64,000 bases of DNA from an uncultured Acidobacteriota bacterium (GCA_963736455.1 CAVTON010000002.1:96257-160256); one strand, 5' to 3'; shown: positions 40,741-54,200, counted from the first letter of the stretch. Notes: a model not told the origin generated them from the sequence alone. Made by a program: numbers and translations.

Positions 40741-41861
40741 GCGGCGGCCGCGCCGACGTCGTCATCGCGGGAGGGGGCCTCATCGGGTGCGCGCTCGCGG
40801 CCGAGCTGGCGCGCCGCGGGCGGAGCGTCATCGTCGTCGAAAAGGCGGAGCCCGGCGCGGAGGCTTCGGGAGCGGCGGCCGGAATGCTTTCTCCCCAGTC
40901 CGACGCGCGGGTCCGCGACGCGTTTTTCGACCTGGCCCTGGAGAGCCACGCCCTCTATCCCGCGTGGACGCAGGAGCTGACCGCCGAGACCGGCATCGAG
41001 GTCGGCTACCGTCGCACCGGGCTCCTGCTCTGCCGTGACGAGGAGGATACCGGCGCCGGATCGGACGACGTCTTCGCGTGGCAGCGTGCGGCGGGCCTGC
41101 CGGTCGTGAGTCTCTCGCCGGACGCGCTGGCCCGGGCCGCCGGCGGCCGGCTCTCCGCGCAGGTGCGGAGCGCCCTCTGGTTTCCGGAGGAGGGCGCCGT
41201 GGATCCGCGGTCGCTCACGCGCGCGGCGTGGAGGGCGGCCGTCCGCCGCGGCGCCGACGTTCGGACGGGGACGGCGGTGCGGGGATTCCGGATCGAGGGC
41301 GATGTATGCCGCGGGCTCGACACCGATGCGGGCCCGATCGAAGCCGAGGCGACGGTGGATGCCGCGGGCGCGTGGGCGGCATTTCCGGGCCAGCTCCCCC
41401 TGGCGCTTCCCGTCGAGCCCGTCCGCGGACAGATCGTGGAGCTCGCGCCGTCTGATCCCCTCGACACGATCGTGGCGGCCGAGGAGGTGTACATCGTGCC
41501 GCGGCCCGGCGGAACGGTTCTTCTCGGCTCGACGCTCGAGCGCGTCGGTTTTCGGAAGGCCGTCACGCCGGAGGCCGTCGGGAGGCTGCGGGCCGCGGCG
41601 GTGCGCCTTCTTCCCGACCTCGCCTCCGCGCGCGTCGTCGCGTCCTGGTCCGGCCTGCGCCCCGGGACTCCCGATGGATGGCCGATCCTCGGGGGAGGCC
41701 CGGTTCGAGGTCTCTACTTCGCCGCGGGTCACTTCCGCAACGGGATCCTTCTCGCGCCGGCAACGGCTCGTTGCGTCGCCGACCTGCTCTGCGGAGACCC
41801 CGCTCGCGACCTCTCGCCGTTCTCCATCGGCCGCTTTGCGCCGGCGCCGCAGGTGGCTTGA
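40737..41861 (+). CDS. thiO: Glycine oxidase ThiO-like FAD oxidoreductase
   Basis: GGGLIG, ASGAAAGML, PVRGQ, GLRP, GHFRNGILLAP. Confidence 0.85.
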   Translation: MSGGRADVVIAGGGLIGCALAAELARRGRSVIVVEKAEPGAEASGAAAGMLSPQSDARVRDAFFDLALESHALYPAWTQELTAETGIEVGYRRTGLLLCRDEEDTGAGSDDVFAWQRAAGLPVVSLSPDALARAAGGRLSAQVRSALWFPEEGAVDPRSLTRAAWRAAVRRGADVRTGTAVRGFRIEGDVCRGLDTDAGPIEAEATVDAAGAWAAFPGQLPLALPVEPVRGQIVELAPSDPLDTIVAAEEVYIVPRPGGTVLLGSTLERVGFRKAVTPEAVGRLRAAAVRLLPDLASARVVASWSGLRPGTPDGWPILGGGPVRGLYFAAGHFRNGILLAPATARCVADLLCGDPARDLSPFSIGRFAPAPQVA

Positions 41862-41980
41862 ATCGATCGCATCATCTCCGGCCGCGATTTCGGCTAGAAT
41901 CGCGTCCAACAGGCCCGATCGCTTCTCCATGTGCCGGCGGGCACGAAGCGTGCAGGGAGGCGGAAAGGGGTTACACCAGG

Positions 41981-43849
41981 ATGAGAACAGCGGTGTACGC
42001 GGGCATCCGGCGGGCCGCCGATGTTCTGTGGTCTCTGGCCCGAGCGGTCGATCGCCGCTTTCCGGAGCGCAACTTTCAGCCGAAGTGGGCGCCGGCGCCG
42101 CTCCTGAAACAGCGCGAGCGCAGCTTCCCGCCGCTCGGTTTTCCCCGAAAGACCGACTCGCTTTGTCCCCGATGCGTTTCCGAGGTCCGAGCCCAGATCC
42201 TGTCCGGCGAAGCCGACTGGAAGGTGCTCATCGAGGGAAAGCCGGGCGAGATCCCGGCCGAGATCGTCGAGGAAGACGGCCGGATCCTGATGAAGAAGGA
42301 CTGCGCGAAGCACGGCCACTTCGAAGACGTCATGTCGACCGATCCGGCGTTCTTCCGCCGCCTCGAGTCCATGTACCCCGGACGCGACTTCGTCATCCCG
42401 AAGGACGGCCTCCACGAGCACGGCACCTCGTCGATCAAGTACGGACGGGGCGCGGTTCTGACGATCGACCTGACGAACCGCTGCAACATGATGTGCGACC
42501 CGTGCTTCATGGACGCCAACCAGGTCGGCTACGTGCACGAGCTCGACTGGGAAGACGTCCAGAAGATGCTCGACGATGCGGCCTCGATCAAGCCGCGCCG
42601 CCAGCTCTCCGTCCAGTTCTCGGGAGGCGAGCCGACCCTGTCGCCCCACTTCCTGCCGGCGATCCGCTACGCGCGGAAGCTCGGGTACTTCTCGGTCCAA
42701 TGCGCGACCAACGGCATCCGGTTCGCGCAGGACGAGGACTTCGCCCGGCAGGCCGCGGAGGCCGGGCTTCGCTTCGCCTATCTCCAGTTCGACGGCGTCG
42801 GCAACGAGCGCAACCAGCATCGCAAGGTGGGCAACCTCTACGACGTGAAGCTCCGGGCCATCGAGAACCTCCACAAGCACGGCGTGGACGTGACTCTGGT
42901 CGTGACCATCGTCAACAGCATCAACAACGATCAGGTCGGCGACATCATCCGCTTCGGCCTCGACCACATCGACAAGGTGACCTGCGTGGCGTTCCAGCCG
43001 GTGTCGTTCACCGGCCGGGACGAGGACATCGACGACGAAACGCGAACCCGCCAGAGGTACACGCTCTCGAACCTCGCCCATGACGTGAAGGCGCAGGCGG
43101 GCATCGGCGAGCCGATGCGGGACTGGTATCCGTTGTCGGCGGCCGGTCCGTTCTCCGATCTCAAGGATCTGCTCGGCGGCCTGGAAGCCGACTTCGGTTC
43201 GTTCAAGTGCGGCTGCCATCCCAACTGCGGCATCGGCACGCTGATGCTCGTCGAGGAGAAGACGAAGAAGGCCGTCACGGTGCCGTCGGTCCTCGACGTG
43301 GACCGGCTGATGTCCGACATCAAGTCGATCACCGATTCGGGCCGCCGGAAGCTCTGGACGACGGTGCAGGTGGGCCTCTCGGTCCTTCGCAACCTGCGTC
43401 CCGAGGGCGTCCCGCAGGGGCTGACTCCCTGGAAGGTCGCCAAGGTCATGGACGGTCACACCGGCGGCAAGCTCGGCTTCACCACGAAGAAGCGCCACGA
43501 TTGGCGCATCTTCTTCATCGGCGGGATGTGGTTCCAGGACCTCTTCAACTACGACTTCCGCCGGACCGAGATGTGCATCATCCCGTACGCGACGCAGATG
43601 GGGGAGATCTCGTTCTGCGCGTACAACACGGGCGTGGGCTGGCGCAAGATCATCGAGGAGATGTTCCAGACCGCATCGCTCGCGGAGTGGCACAAGAAGA
43701 ACGGGCGCCACGAGGTCTTTGCTCGCGGACGAAACGTCCCGCTGCCGGTTCTCCCCGGACAAAAGGTGCCGGCGATGCCGACGGCCCCGAGGCCGACGCC
43801 GCCCCCCTCGATCGGGACGCTTCCCGTCTACGGCGCCGCGGGGAAGTGA
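41981..43849 (+). CDS. tes: Radical SAM enzyme, tetraether lipid synthase (Tes/GDGT-MAS, MJ0619 family) homolog
   Basis: SLCPRC...KKDCAKHGHFEDV, IDLTNRCNMMCDPCF, QFSGGEPT, YLQFDG, FQPVSFTGR, CHPNCG, MWFQDLFNYD...CIIPYAT...FCAYN. Family is recognised; the activity is inferred. Confidence 0.82.
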   Translation: MRTAVYAGIRRAADVLWSLARAVDRRFPERNFQPKWAPAPLLKQRERSFPPLGFPRKTDSLCPRCVSEVRAQILSGEADWKVLIEGKPGEIPAEIVEEDGRILMKKDCAKHGHFEDVMSTDPAFFRRLESMYPGRDFVIPKDGLHEHGTSSIKYGRGAVLTIDLTNRCNMMCDPCFMDANQVGYVHELDWEDVQKMLDDAASIKPRRQLSVQFSGGEPTLSPHFLPAIRYARKLGYFSVQCATNGIRFAQDEDFARQAAEAGLRFAYLQFDGVGNERNQHRKVGNLYDVKLRAIENLHKHGVDVTLVVTIVNSINNDQVGDIIRFGLDHIDKVTCVAFQPVSFTGRDEDIDDETRTRQRYTLSNLAHDVKAQAGIGEPMRDWYPLSAAGPFSDLKDLLGGLEADFGSFKCGCHPNCGIGTLMLVEEKTKKAVTVPSVLDVDRLMSDIKSITDSGRRKLWTTVQVGLSVLRNLRPEGVPQGLTPWKVAKVMDGHTGGKLGFTTKKRHDWRIFFIGGMWFQDLFNYDFRRTEMCIIPYATQMGEISFCAYNTGVGWRKIIEEMFQTASLAEWHKKNGRHEVFARGRNVPLPVLPGQKVPAMPTAPRPTPPPSIGTLPVYGAAGK

Positions 43850-43889
43850 GCGTCCGGGCGCACGGGCGCCCGGAACGATCTCCCCGGTC

Positions 43890-45254
43890 TCAGCCTCTGC
43901 GCCCCCAGCGCGGCTGCGGACCCGACGGCGCCGCGGCGTGGCGCGGCCCGGCCGGCCCGCGCGGGGCGGCATGGCGCTCGGCCTTCTGCTGCGCCCGGGC
44001 GCGCTCGGCGGTCTCGTGCGCGACCCGACGCTCGGCCTTCTCCCGGGCTCGCTTGCGCTCCTCGGCCTTGCGGGCGCGGATCGCGGCGATGCGCTCCGCG
44101 ATGGGCACCTCGAACCGCTCGGCCGGAGCCTTCGTGTAGTCGAATCCCGGCACCGTGATTCGGGGCAGACGCTTTCCGATCTCGCGCTCGATCGCGGCGA
44201 GGTCCGTGGTTTCCTCGGGCGATACGAACGTGAACGCGTCCCCGGTCATCTCGGCGCGGGCGGTGCGGCCGACGCGGTGAATGTAGTCCTCGGGGACGTT
44301 CGGCACGTCGAAGTTGACGACGTGGGACAGGGCCTCGACGTCGATGCCGCGAGCGGCGATGTCCGTCGCGACGAGGACGCGGAACCGGCCGTTCTTGAAG
44401 CCGGCCAGCGCCTCGGTGCGCTGCGCCTGGCTGCGGTTGCCGTGGATGCGCTCGCAGCCGACGCCGTGCCGCGCGAGGTTCTCGGCGAGCCGGTTGGCGC
44501 GGTGCTTGGTGCGCGTAAAGACGAGCACGTTCTTGATGTCGCCGCGCTTCAGCAGCTCGAGCAGCAGCGGCGCCTTGAGGTTCTGGGGCACCGGGTACAC
44601 CGCCTGCGTGATCCCGACGGCCGGCGCGGCCTTGCGCTCGAGGTTGACGGTGAACGGGTTCTTGAGCATCTCGCGCGTCAGCTGGGCGATGGGCGGGGGC
44701 ATGGTGGCCGAGAAGAACAGCGTTTGCCGCCGCGCCGGAAGATGCTTGAGAACCCGGCGGATGTCCGGGAGAAATCCCATGTCGAGCATCCGGTCGGCCT
44801 CGTCCAGCACGAGGACCTCGAGGTGGTCGAGCCTGGCGTAGGGGAACCGGAAGTGATCGAGCAGCCGGCCCGGGGTCGCGACGATGACGTCGGCACCCGT
44901 ACGAAACGCGTGCTCCTGCGGTCCCATGGCGACGCCCCCGAAGACGGGGGCCGAGGAGAGCGACGTGTGGACCGTCAGCGCCTTGGCATGCTCGTCGATC
45001 TGCGCGGCGAGCTCGCGCGTGGGCGTCAGGATGAGGGCCCGCGTGACGCCGCGCTTCTTGCCGGCCAGGTGATGGAGGATCGGCAGCAGAAAGGCGGCGG
45101 TCTTGCCGCTGCCGGTCATCGCGCAGGCGAGGACGTCGCGGCCCTCGAGCGCCGGCGGGATCGCATCGGCCTGGATCGGCGTGGGACGGGTGAAGCCCAT
45201 CTCGCGCACGCCGCGAACGAGATCGGGATGGAGACCAAACTGGGAAAAAGACAA
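43890..45254 (-). CDS. rhlE: DEAD-box RNA helicase (RhlE-like)
   Basis: TGSGKT, PTRELA, DEAD, SAT, HRVGRTAR. GAGGAGG RBS with TTG start. Confidence 0.92.
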   Translation of the reverse strand: MSFSQFGLHPDLVRGVREMGFTRPTPIQADAIPPALEGRDVLACAMTGSGKTAAFLLPILHHLAGKKRGVTRALILTPTRELAAQIDEHAKALTVHTSLSSAPVFGGVAMGPQEHAFRTGADVIVATPGRLLDHFRFPYARLDHLEVLVLDEADRMLDMGFLPDIRRVLKHLPARRQTLFFSATMPPPIAQLTREMLKNPFTVNLERKAAPAVGITQAVYPVPQNLKAPLLLELLKRGDIKNVLVFTRTKHRANRLAENLARHGVGCERIHGNRSQAQRTEALAGFKNGRFRVLVATDIAARGIDVEALSHVVNFDVPNVPEDYIHRVGRTARAEMTGDAFTFVSPEETTDLAAIEREIGKRLPRITVPGFDYTKAPAERFEVPIAERIAAIRARKAEERKRAREKAERRVAHETAERARAQQKAERHAAPRGPAGPRHAAAPSGPQPRWGRRG

Positions 45255-45409
45255 GGATTCCTCCTCGAGGATGAATGATCCGGCTGTTTTGTTCTGGGAA
45301 CGGAGGATCTGCCGGCAGGGCCTACGTTCAGGGGCGAGGGCTCAGGCCACTCGCGAGAGCGCGAAGGTTCTCACAGGATGCGGATCGAAAGCAAGCCCGG
45401 CGCGGGATC

Positions 45410-46093
45410 TCAGGACCGGGCGGACCAGTCCGGCGACAGGCGGCCCGATGCCACCGCGGACGTTCCCGACGGGTTCGGGGCATAGTGCGAGATGTCGTTG
45501 AAGAGGCTCAGCCGGGCGTGCGACACGTCGTGGAAGTCCACGATGTTCAGCGACGCGGGGCTCTGGTCGAGGTGGTCGCGGTAGCGGCGCAGGTCGAAGC
45601 CGAGCAGCGAGCCGATCAGGAGCCGGATCGTCGCCTTGTGGGAGGCGACCACGGCGTACTGACCCGGATGCGCCTGGACAATCTCGAGCAGCGTCGGCAG
45701 GGCGCGCGCCACGACGGACAGGCCGGTCTCTCCGCCGGGAGGAGAGAAGGAGAACGGATCGCCGACCCAGCGCGCATACTCCTTCGGGTACTCCTTCTCG
45801 ACCGCGGCGCGCGTCTTCCCTTCCCAGTGTCCGTGCGAGATTTCGCGCAGGCCTTCCCGGGGCACGACGGGCTTCCCGTGCGGCGCCGCAAGGATCCGCG
45901 CGGTTTCCATCGTGCGGCCGAGCGGGCTCGCGTAGAACGCCGCGATCGGCTCTCCCGCGAGCCGCTCCGAAAGCTTGCGCAGCTGGTCGCGGCCGACGTC
46001 CGAGAGGGGAACGTCGGTCTCGCCGGCGAAGGAGTCCTCGGCGGAGAGCTCCGTCGCACCATGACGCACCAGGAAGATGCGGGTTGCCGTCAT
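45410..46093 (-). CDS. Histidine phosphatase family protein
   Basis: LVRHGAT, SPLGRT, GHWEG, VASH. Confidence 0.92.
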   Translation of the reverse strand: MTATRIFLVRHGATELSAEDSFAGETDVPLSDVGRDQLRKLSERLAGEPIAAFYASPLGRTMETARILAAPHGKPVVPREGLREISHGHWEGKTRAAVEKEYPKEYARWVGDPFSFSPPGGETGLSVVARALPTLLEIVQAHPGQYAVVASHKATIRLLIGSLLGFDLRRYRDHLDQSPASLNIVDFHDVSHARLSLFNDISHYAPNPSGTSAVASGRLSPDWSARS

Positions 46094-46440
46094 CCCTTCA
46101 CCCGAATGCCTTTGCGCGGAAGGAGGTCCCGCAGCCGCTCCCGCTGGTCGCCCTGGAGCTCGATGGCCGACTCCGAGGCCGCGCCTCCGGCGCCGCAGGA
46201 TCTCTTGAGCTCGCGGCAGAGATCGTCGAGATACCCGCGATGGGCCGGCAGTCCGTCGATGACCGTGACGTGCCTGCCCGAGGCCCGATTCTCGAGACGG
46301 ATCTTCGCGGTCGGCTTCTCGGGAACCGGCTCGGCGCCGGCGGCGAGCGTGACGGCGCAGTGGCAATCGCGGGAAGGCCATCCGCAGCCGGCACAGAGAC
46401 GCCCTTTCCCCGTCGAGTAGACGACGCGGGGTGAAGCCAC
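46090..46440 (-). CDS. yciH: SUI1/YciH translation factor homolog
   Basis: VYSTGKGRLCAGC, VTVIDGL, LKRSCGAGG, IELQGD. Confidence 0.9.
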   Translation of the reverse strand: MASPRVVYSTGKGRLCAGCGWPSRDCHCAVTLAAGAEPVPEKPTAKIRLENRASGRHVTVIDGLPAHRGYLDDLCRELKRSCGAGGAASESAIELQGDQRERLRDLLPRKGIRVKG

Positions 46441-46506
46441 GTGTGCATTCTAGCTGCGGGGACCGGCGACCGTGAAGCAGGACGTGAGATACTTCTTGCC
46501 CACATC

Positions 46507-47943
46507 GTGCACATTCGCCAGACGCTGGCCGTCGTACTCCTCGCGGCTGTCGGCGCGGCGAGAGCGAGCGCCAAGCCGGGTTCGGGGGACGTCCGCCTGA
46601 CGCCGGAAGCGGAGCGCACGATGAAGCGCCTGATCCTGGGTCTCGAGCCGAACGAGACGAAGATGTACATGGTTCCCGAAACCCTGGCCTGGAATCCGGC
46701 CACCCGGGATCCGCGCGTACGATGGCTTCGACGCCAGCTCTATCATCTCTCCTTCGAGCTCCTGCATGGACAGATCTTCCGCAGCGCTCCGCCCTATACG
46801 CGCTTCTTCATCGCTGTTCCGGACCCGAAGTCCACGATCGGCGCCCTCGGCAACGAGGAGTCGGTCTTTCGAGAGTACCTGAGGGAGCGCCTGCGCTGGA
46901 CCGACGCGATGATTGACCAGCGTGTGCGGTTCTTCCAGGTCTCGGCGGCCGTGCCGTTTCCCCAGGACATGACCGAACCGCTCGGCTACGACGACCAGGA
47001 CCGGCTCGTGCTCGGCCTCGGTGGGATCGGCGATGACGTCTACACCCGGGCCGTCGAGCGCCTCGCCCAGTCCAGCCCGAACGATTTCGTCCTCCGTCTC
47101 CTGCCCGGCGTGAATACCGAGGGGGGGGACCTCGCCCTCGTCCGGGTTCCCGAGGGAGGGATCGGGCTGCTCTTGGGCCACAACCGAATCCGCCGGCTGG
47201 CGGAACAGGCGCATCCGGGCCTCGCGCCGGACGCGCCGATCCCGACCTCGTGGATCGAGGATGCCCGGCGCGCTTACGCGAAGGCGTTTTCCGGCGTGGA
47301 GACGATCATCGTGGGCGAGGAGGCTCTGCGCGATCCGAAGCTGAACAATCCGGAGATCTTCCACCTGGACATGGTCGCCGCCGTGATCCGGGGCCGGAGC
47401 GGCGCCGTGACGGCTTTCGTTCCCACCTACCAGGGCAACCCGGTCGACGCCCTGTCGCACGTGCACCTCTCGGAGGAATCCGTGCGGCGGTTCCAGGCCG
47501 AGTATGACCGCGCGGCGGAACAACTGCGCCGGCGCGGGTACCCCGTGGTCAGAGTGCCGTATGCCGACCATCCGGCCCGCAGTCCCGTCGGCATAGGCAA
47601 GTTCGTCGACGCGGTGACCGGCCGGCCGTCGGTCCTGCTCGGGCGCTATCCCGATCACCTGAGAGATTCCGACGATCGAAATGTCCAGACACAGCTTCAG
47701 CTCAGATTCGAGACGCTCGACGAGGCCGTCGAGGCGTGGCGGCGCGATCCGTCCGATGCCCGGTGGGAGGCGCTGCGAGCCGCCGTCGCGGCCTGCTGGC
47801 GCCAAATGGACGCCGCCCAGGAGGCGCCGAACCCCCTCTACGAAGAGCAGAAGCGGCTCTACGAGGCCGCCGGGATCGACGTGGCGCCGCTGCCGATTTT
47901 TCCGACGGGCGAAGGCGGCGTGCATTGTCTCGTGCTGAAATAG
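46507..47943 (+). CDS. Secreted pentein (amidinotransferase/deiminase superfamily) protein
   Basis: Signal-peptide-like N-terminus, FPQD, EGGD, FHLD, terminal GEGGVHC. Confidence 0.75.
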   Translation: MHIRQTLAVVLLAAVGAARASAKPGSGDVRLTPEAERTMKRLILGLEPNETKMYMVPETLAWNPATRDPRVRWLRRQLYHLSFELLHGQIFRSAPPYTRFFIAVPDPKSTIGALGNEESVFREYLRERLRWTDAMIDQRVRFFQVSAAVPFPQDMTEPLGYDDQDRLVLGLGGIGDDVYTRAVERLAQSSPNDFVLRLLPGVNTEGGDLALVRVPEGGIGLLLGHNRIRRLAEQAHPGLAPDAPIPTSWIEDARRAYAKAFSGVETIIVGEEALRDPKLNNPEIFHLDMVAAVIRGRSGAVTAFVPTYQGNPVDALSHVHLSEESVRRFQAEYDRAAEQLRRRGYPVVRVPYADHPARSPVGIGKFVDAVTGRPSVLLGRYPDHLRDSDDRNVQTQLQLRFETLDEAVEAWRRDPSDARWEALRAAVAACWRQMDAAQEAPNPLYEEQKRLYEAAGIDVAPLPIFPTGEGGVHCLVLK

Positions 47944-47979
47944 GGCTGGCGCAGCCGACGATGCGACCGGCTGGCGGCA

Positions 47980-51743
<3,764 letters not shown>

Positions 51744-51764
51744 GTTTCCCGGAGCCGTCCCCGC

Positions 51765-54200
51765 CTATTGCAGATTGAACGTCTTCACGATGAACACCGC
51801 CATCTGTCCTCTGGTATTCGGGCTCGACGGGCAATAGTTTCCTCCGCCGCAGCCGCTCGTGATGTTTTCGTCGGCGAGCCGCTCGATCCAGTCGGGAAAC
51901 CCCGTCCCCGGCGTGCAGGTCACGTCGAAGAAGACCCCCGTGCAGGGCGGCGGCGTGTACGTCGATCCGTGCTCCATCTTCAGCAGGAAGACCGCCATCT
52001 GATCGCGGCGGACCGGATTGCCCGGGCAGTAGTTGGTCCCTCCGCAGCCGCCCGTGACGCCGAGAGTGGCGAGGGCCTGGATCCAGGGGGCGAACGTGCC
52101 GGGACACGGGACGTCGGTGAAGAAACCGGGCGTGCAGGCCGGCGGAACGTAGCAGACGCCGAACTTGGCCTTCAGCAGGAAGACCGCCATCTGCTGGCGC
52201 AGCGTGCTCGACGCGACGCCGTAGTTGCCGCCGCCGACACCCGCCGTGATGCCGTTGGAAACGAGGGTCGTGACGAACGCGTGGAAGGTGTTGTTCTGCG
52301 GAACGTCGTTGAAATCCGTGACGTATCCCTTGGAGAGCGTTCCCGAGGATGCGTCCGGATTGGTCAGCGTCACGTCGCTCAGGGTGCCGGCCGTGAGGGC
52401 GGGCGTCCGCGCTTCGGCCTGAGTCGAGCTCTGCACGTCGACGTCGGTGGCGGGAATGCCTCCGAGTTCTATCGTCGCCCCGGCCGCGAAATTGGTCCCG
52501 CGGACCACGAAGAGCAGCCCGGCGGCGGGAGGTCCGGATACCGGGCTGATCGAGAACACGATGCGGGGAGAGAGCTCCGACGTGTTCCCGGAGGGGTCGG
52601 TCGCCGTGACCGTCACGTGCTGATCCGCCTCGATCGTGTAAGGCAGGGTGACGTCGAAATCGGCGTGGCCCGCGCCGTCGGTCGACTGAATCGACGAGCC
52701 GATGTAGACGAGGCCCTCCTCGAAATCGTGGGGCCGCCCCGCGCAGGCGGGATTCGCGAAGAAGTCGAGGGCGTACGCCGTCGAAGGCGCGCTGTCGAGA
52801 GTTCCGTGGATTTCGGTGCCCGACGGCGAGAGCGGAACCGCCGAGGAGAGGAGCGGATAATTCTGGAGGCCGTTGGCGCCGGTGTCGGCATCCAGGGCGT
52901 CGTTCGCGGTCACGTTGTCGCCTCCGAGATCGATGCCGATCGTCCCGTTGGCGTAGATCGAGTTGCCCCGGATGGCGTTGCCCGAAACGGAGCCCTGCAC
53001 GACGATGCCGCCCGCTCCGCTGTGCGCGACGGTATTGCCTTCTCCCGGCCCCGTTCCGCCGATCATGGCGTTGCTGGCGAGAACGTAGATGCCGCGGTTC
53101 GCGTTGCCGAGCGCGAACGTTCCCGTGGCGTCCGTTCCGATGAGGTTGCCCTGCACGATGACGCCGGTCGCGCTGCTGATCTCGATCCCGTGAATCGCGT
53201 TGCCGGAGATGACGTTGCCCTCTCCCGGAGCCGATCCGCCGATGCGGCTGCCGTTGGCCTCGACGAGGATTCCGTAGTTGACGTTGCCGACGGGCGCCAT
53301 GCCGGCCACGTCCGTGCCGATGAAGTTGCCGCTGACGACGAGGTTGGAGCCATTGTTCAGGCGAACGCCGTAGCCGCCGTTGCCCGAAATCACGTTGCGG
53401 CTCTCGGGCGTGGTGCCGCCGATCGTGATGTCCATGCTGGAGGAGCTGTCGACTTCGACCCCGGTCTGCGCGCCCGCGAGGGCATTGCCGCCCGACGCAT
53501 CCGTGCCGATGAGGTTTCCCTGGACCACGTTCCCCGTCCCGCCGTTGCCGGCCGCGCCGAAGTTGACGCCGCCCACGGCGTTGCCGGAGATCAGGTTGCG
53601 GGCCGCGGGAGTCGTGCCGCCGATGGTGACGCTCGAGGGCCCGTTGTTGGCCAGGATTCCGAAGTTGACGTTTCCCTGCGTGGCGGTGCCCGACGGGTCG
53701 GTCCCGATGAAGTTGCCCGCGATCACGATCCCGGCGGTGCCGGAGACGCGGATCCCGGCCCACTTTCCGCGGTTGACGGCCAGGCCGCGCACGGTGCTGC
53801 CTCCGGCGCCGGGGGCGAAGAACAGGACGGCGGCCTCGCTGCCCGTTCCGGCGTTCGTGCCGTCGAGCTCGATCAGGATCACGGCATTGGTGCCGAGGGT
53901 CGGACCGTTCGTGTTCGCGCTCGCACCGGACTGCGAATATCCGTCGATCGTCACGCCGTCGGTGATCTGCGGCAGAGCCGACGCCGGCGCGATCGTCTGC
54001 ACACCGGAGCCGAGGATGTTGAAGGCGATCGTGTCGGCGCCGACGTTTGCGTTGGCGTCCAGGATCGCCTGTCGCAGCGAGCCGGCCCCGGAGTCGTTCG
54101 TATTCGTCACAGAGAACGTCATGCCGGAGGCGAACGCCGTGAAACCGACCAACAGGACCGACGCCGCAGACGGAGTTCGACCCAGGCGGTGGACGCGCAT
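51765..54200 (-). CDS. Secreted beta-helix + IPT/TIG + 3x Cys-rich SLH surface protein
   Basis: TNTNDSGAGSLRQAI, GNFIGTD/RNLISGN repeats, GNTSELS, SLH repeats; ends KTFNLQ*. Confidence 0.9.
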   Translation of the reverse strand: MRVHRLGRTPSAASVLLVGFTAFASGMTFSVTNTNDSGAGSLRQAILDANANVGADTIAFNILGSGVQTIAPASALPQITDGVTIDGYSQSGASANTNGPTLGTNAVILIELDGTNAGTGSEAAVLFFAPGAGGSTVRGLAVNRGKWAGIRVSGTAGIVIAGNFIGTDPSGTATQGNVNFGILANNGPSSVTIGGTTPAARNLISGNAVGGVNFGAAGNGGTGNVVQGNLIGTDASGGNALAGAQTGVEVDSSSSMDITIGGTTPESRNVISGNGGYGVRLNNGSNLVVSGNFIGTDVAGMAPVGNVNYGILVEANGSRIGGSAPGEGNVISGNAIHGIEISSATGVIVQGNLIGTDATGTFALGNANRGIYVLASNAMIGGTGPGEGNTVAHSGAGGIVVQGSVSGNAIRGNSIYANGTIGIDLGGDNVTANDALDADTGANGLQNYPLLSSAVPLSPSGTEIHGTLDSAPSTAYALDFFANPACAGRPHDFEEGLVYIGSSIQSTDGAGHADFDVTLPYTIEADQHVTVTATDPSGNTSELSPRIVFSISPVSGPPAAGLLFVVRGTNFAAGATIELGGIPATDVDVQSSTQAEARTPALTAGTLSDVTLTNPDASSGTLSKGYVTDFNDVPQNNTFHAFVTTLVSNGITAGVGGGNYGVASSTLRQQMAVFLLKAKFGVCYVPPACTPGFFTDVPCPGTFAPWIQALATLGVTGGCGGTNYCPGNPVRRDQMAVFLLKMEHGSTYTPPPCTGVFFDVTCTPGTGFPDWIERLADENITSGCGGGNYCPSSPNTRGQMAVFIVKTFNLQ

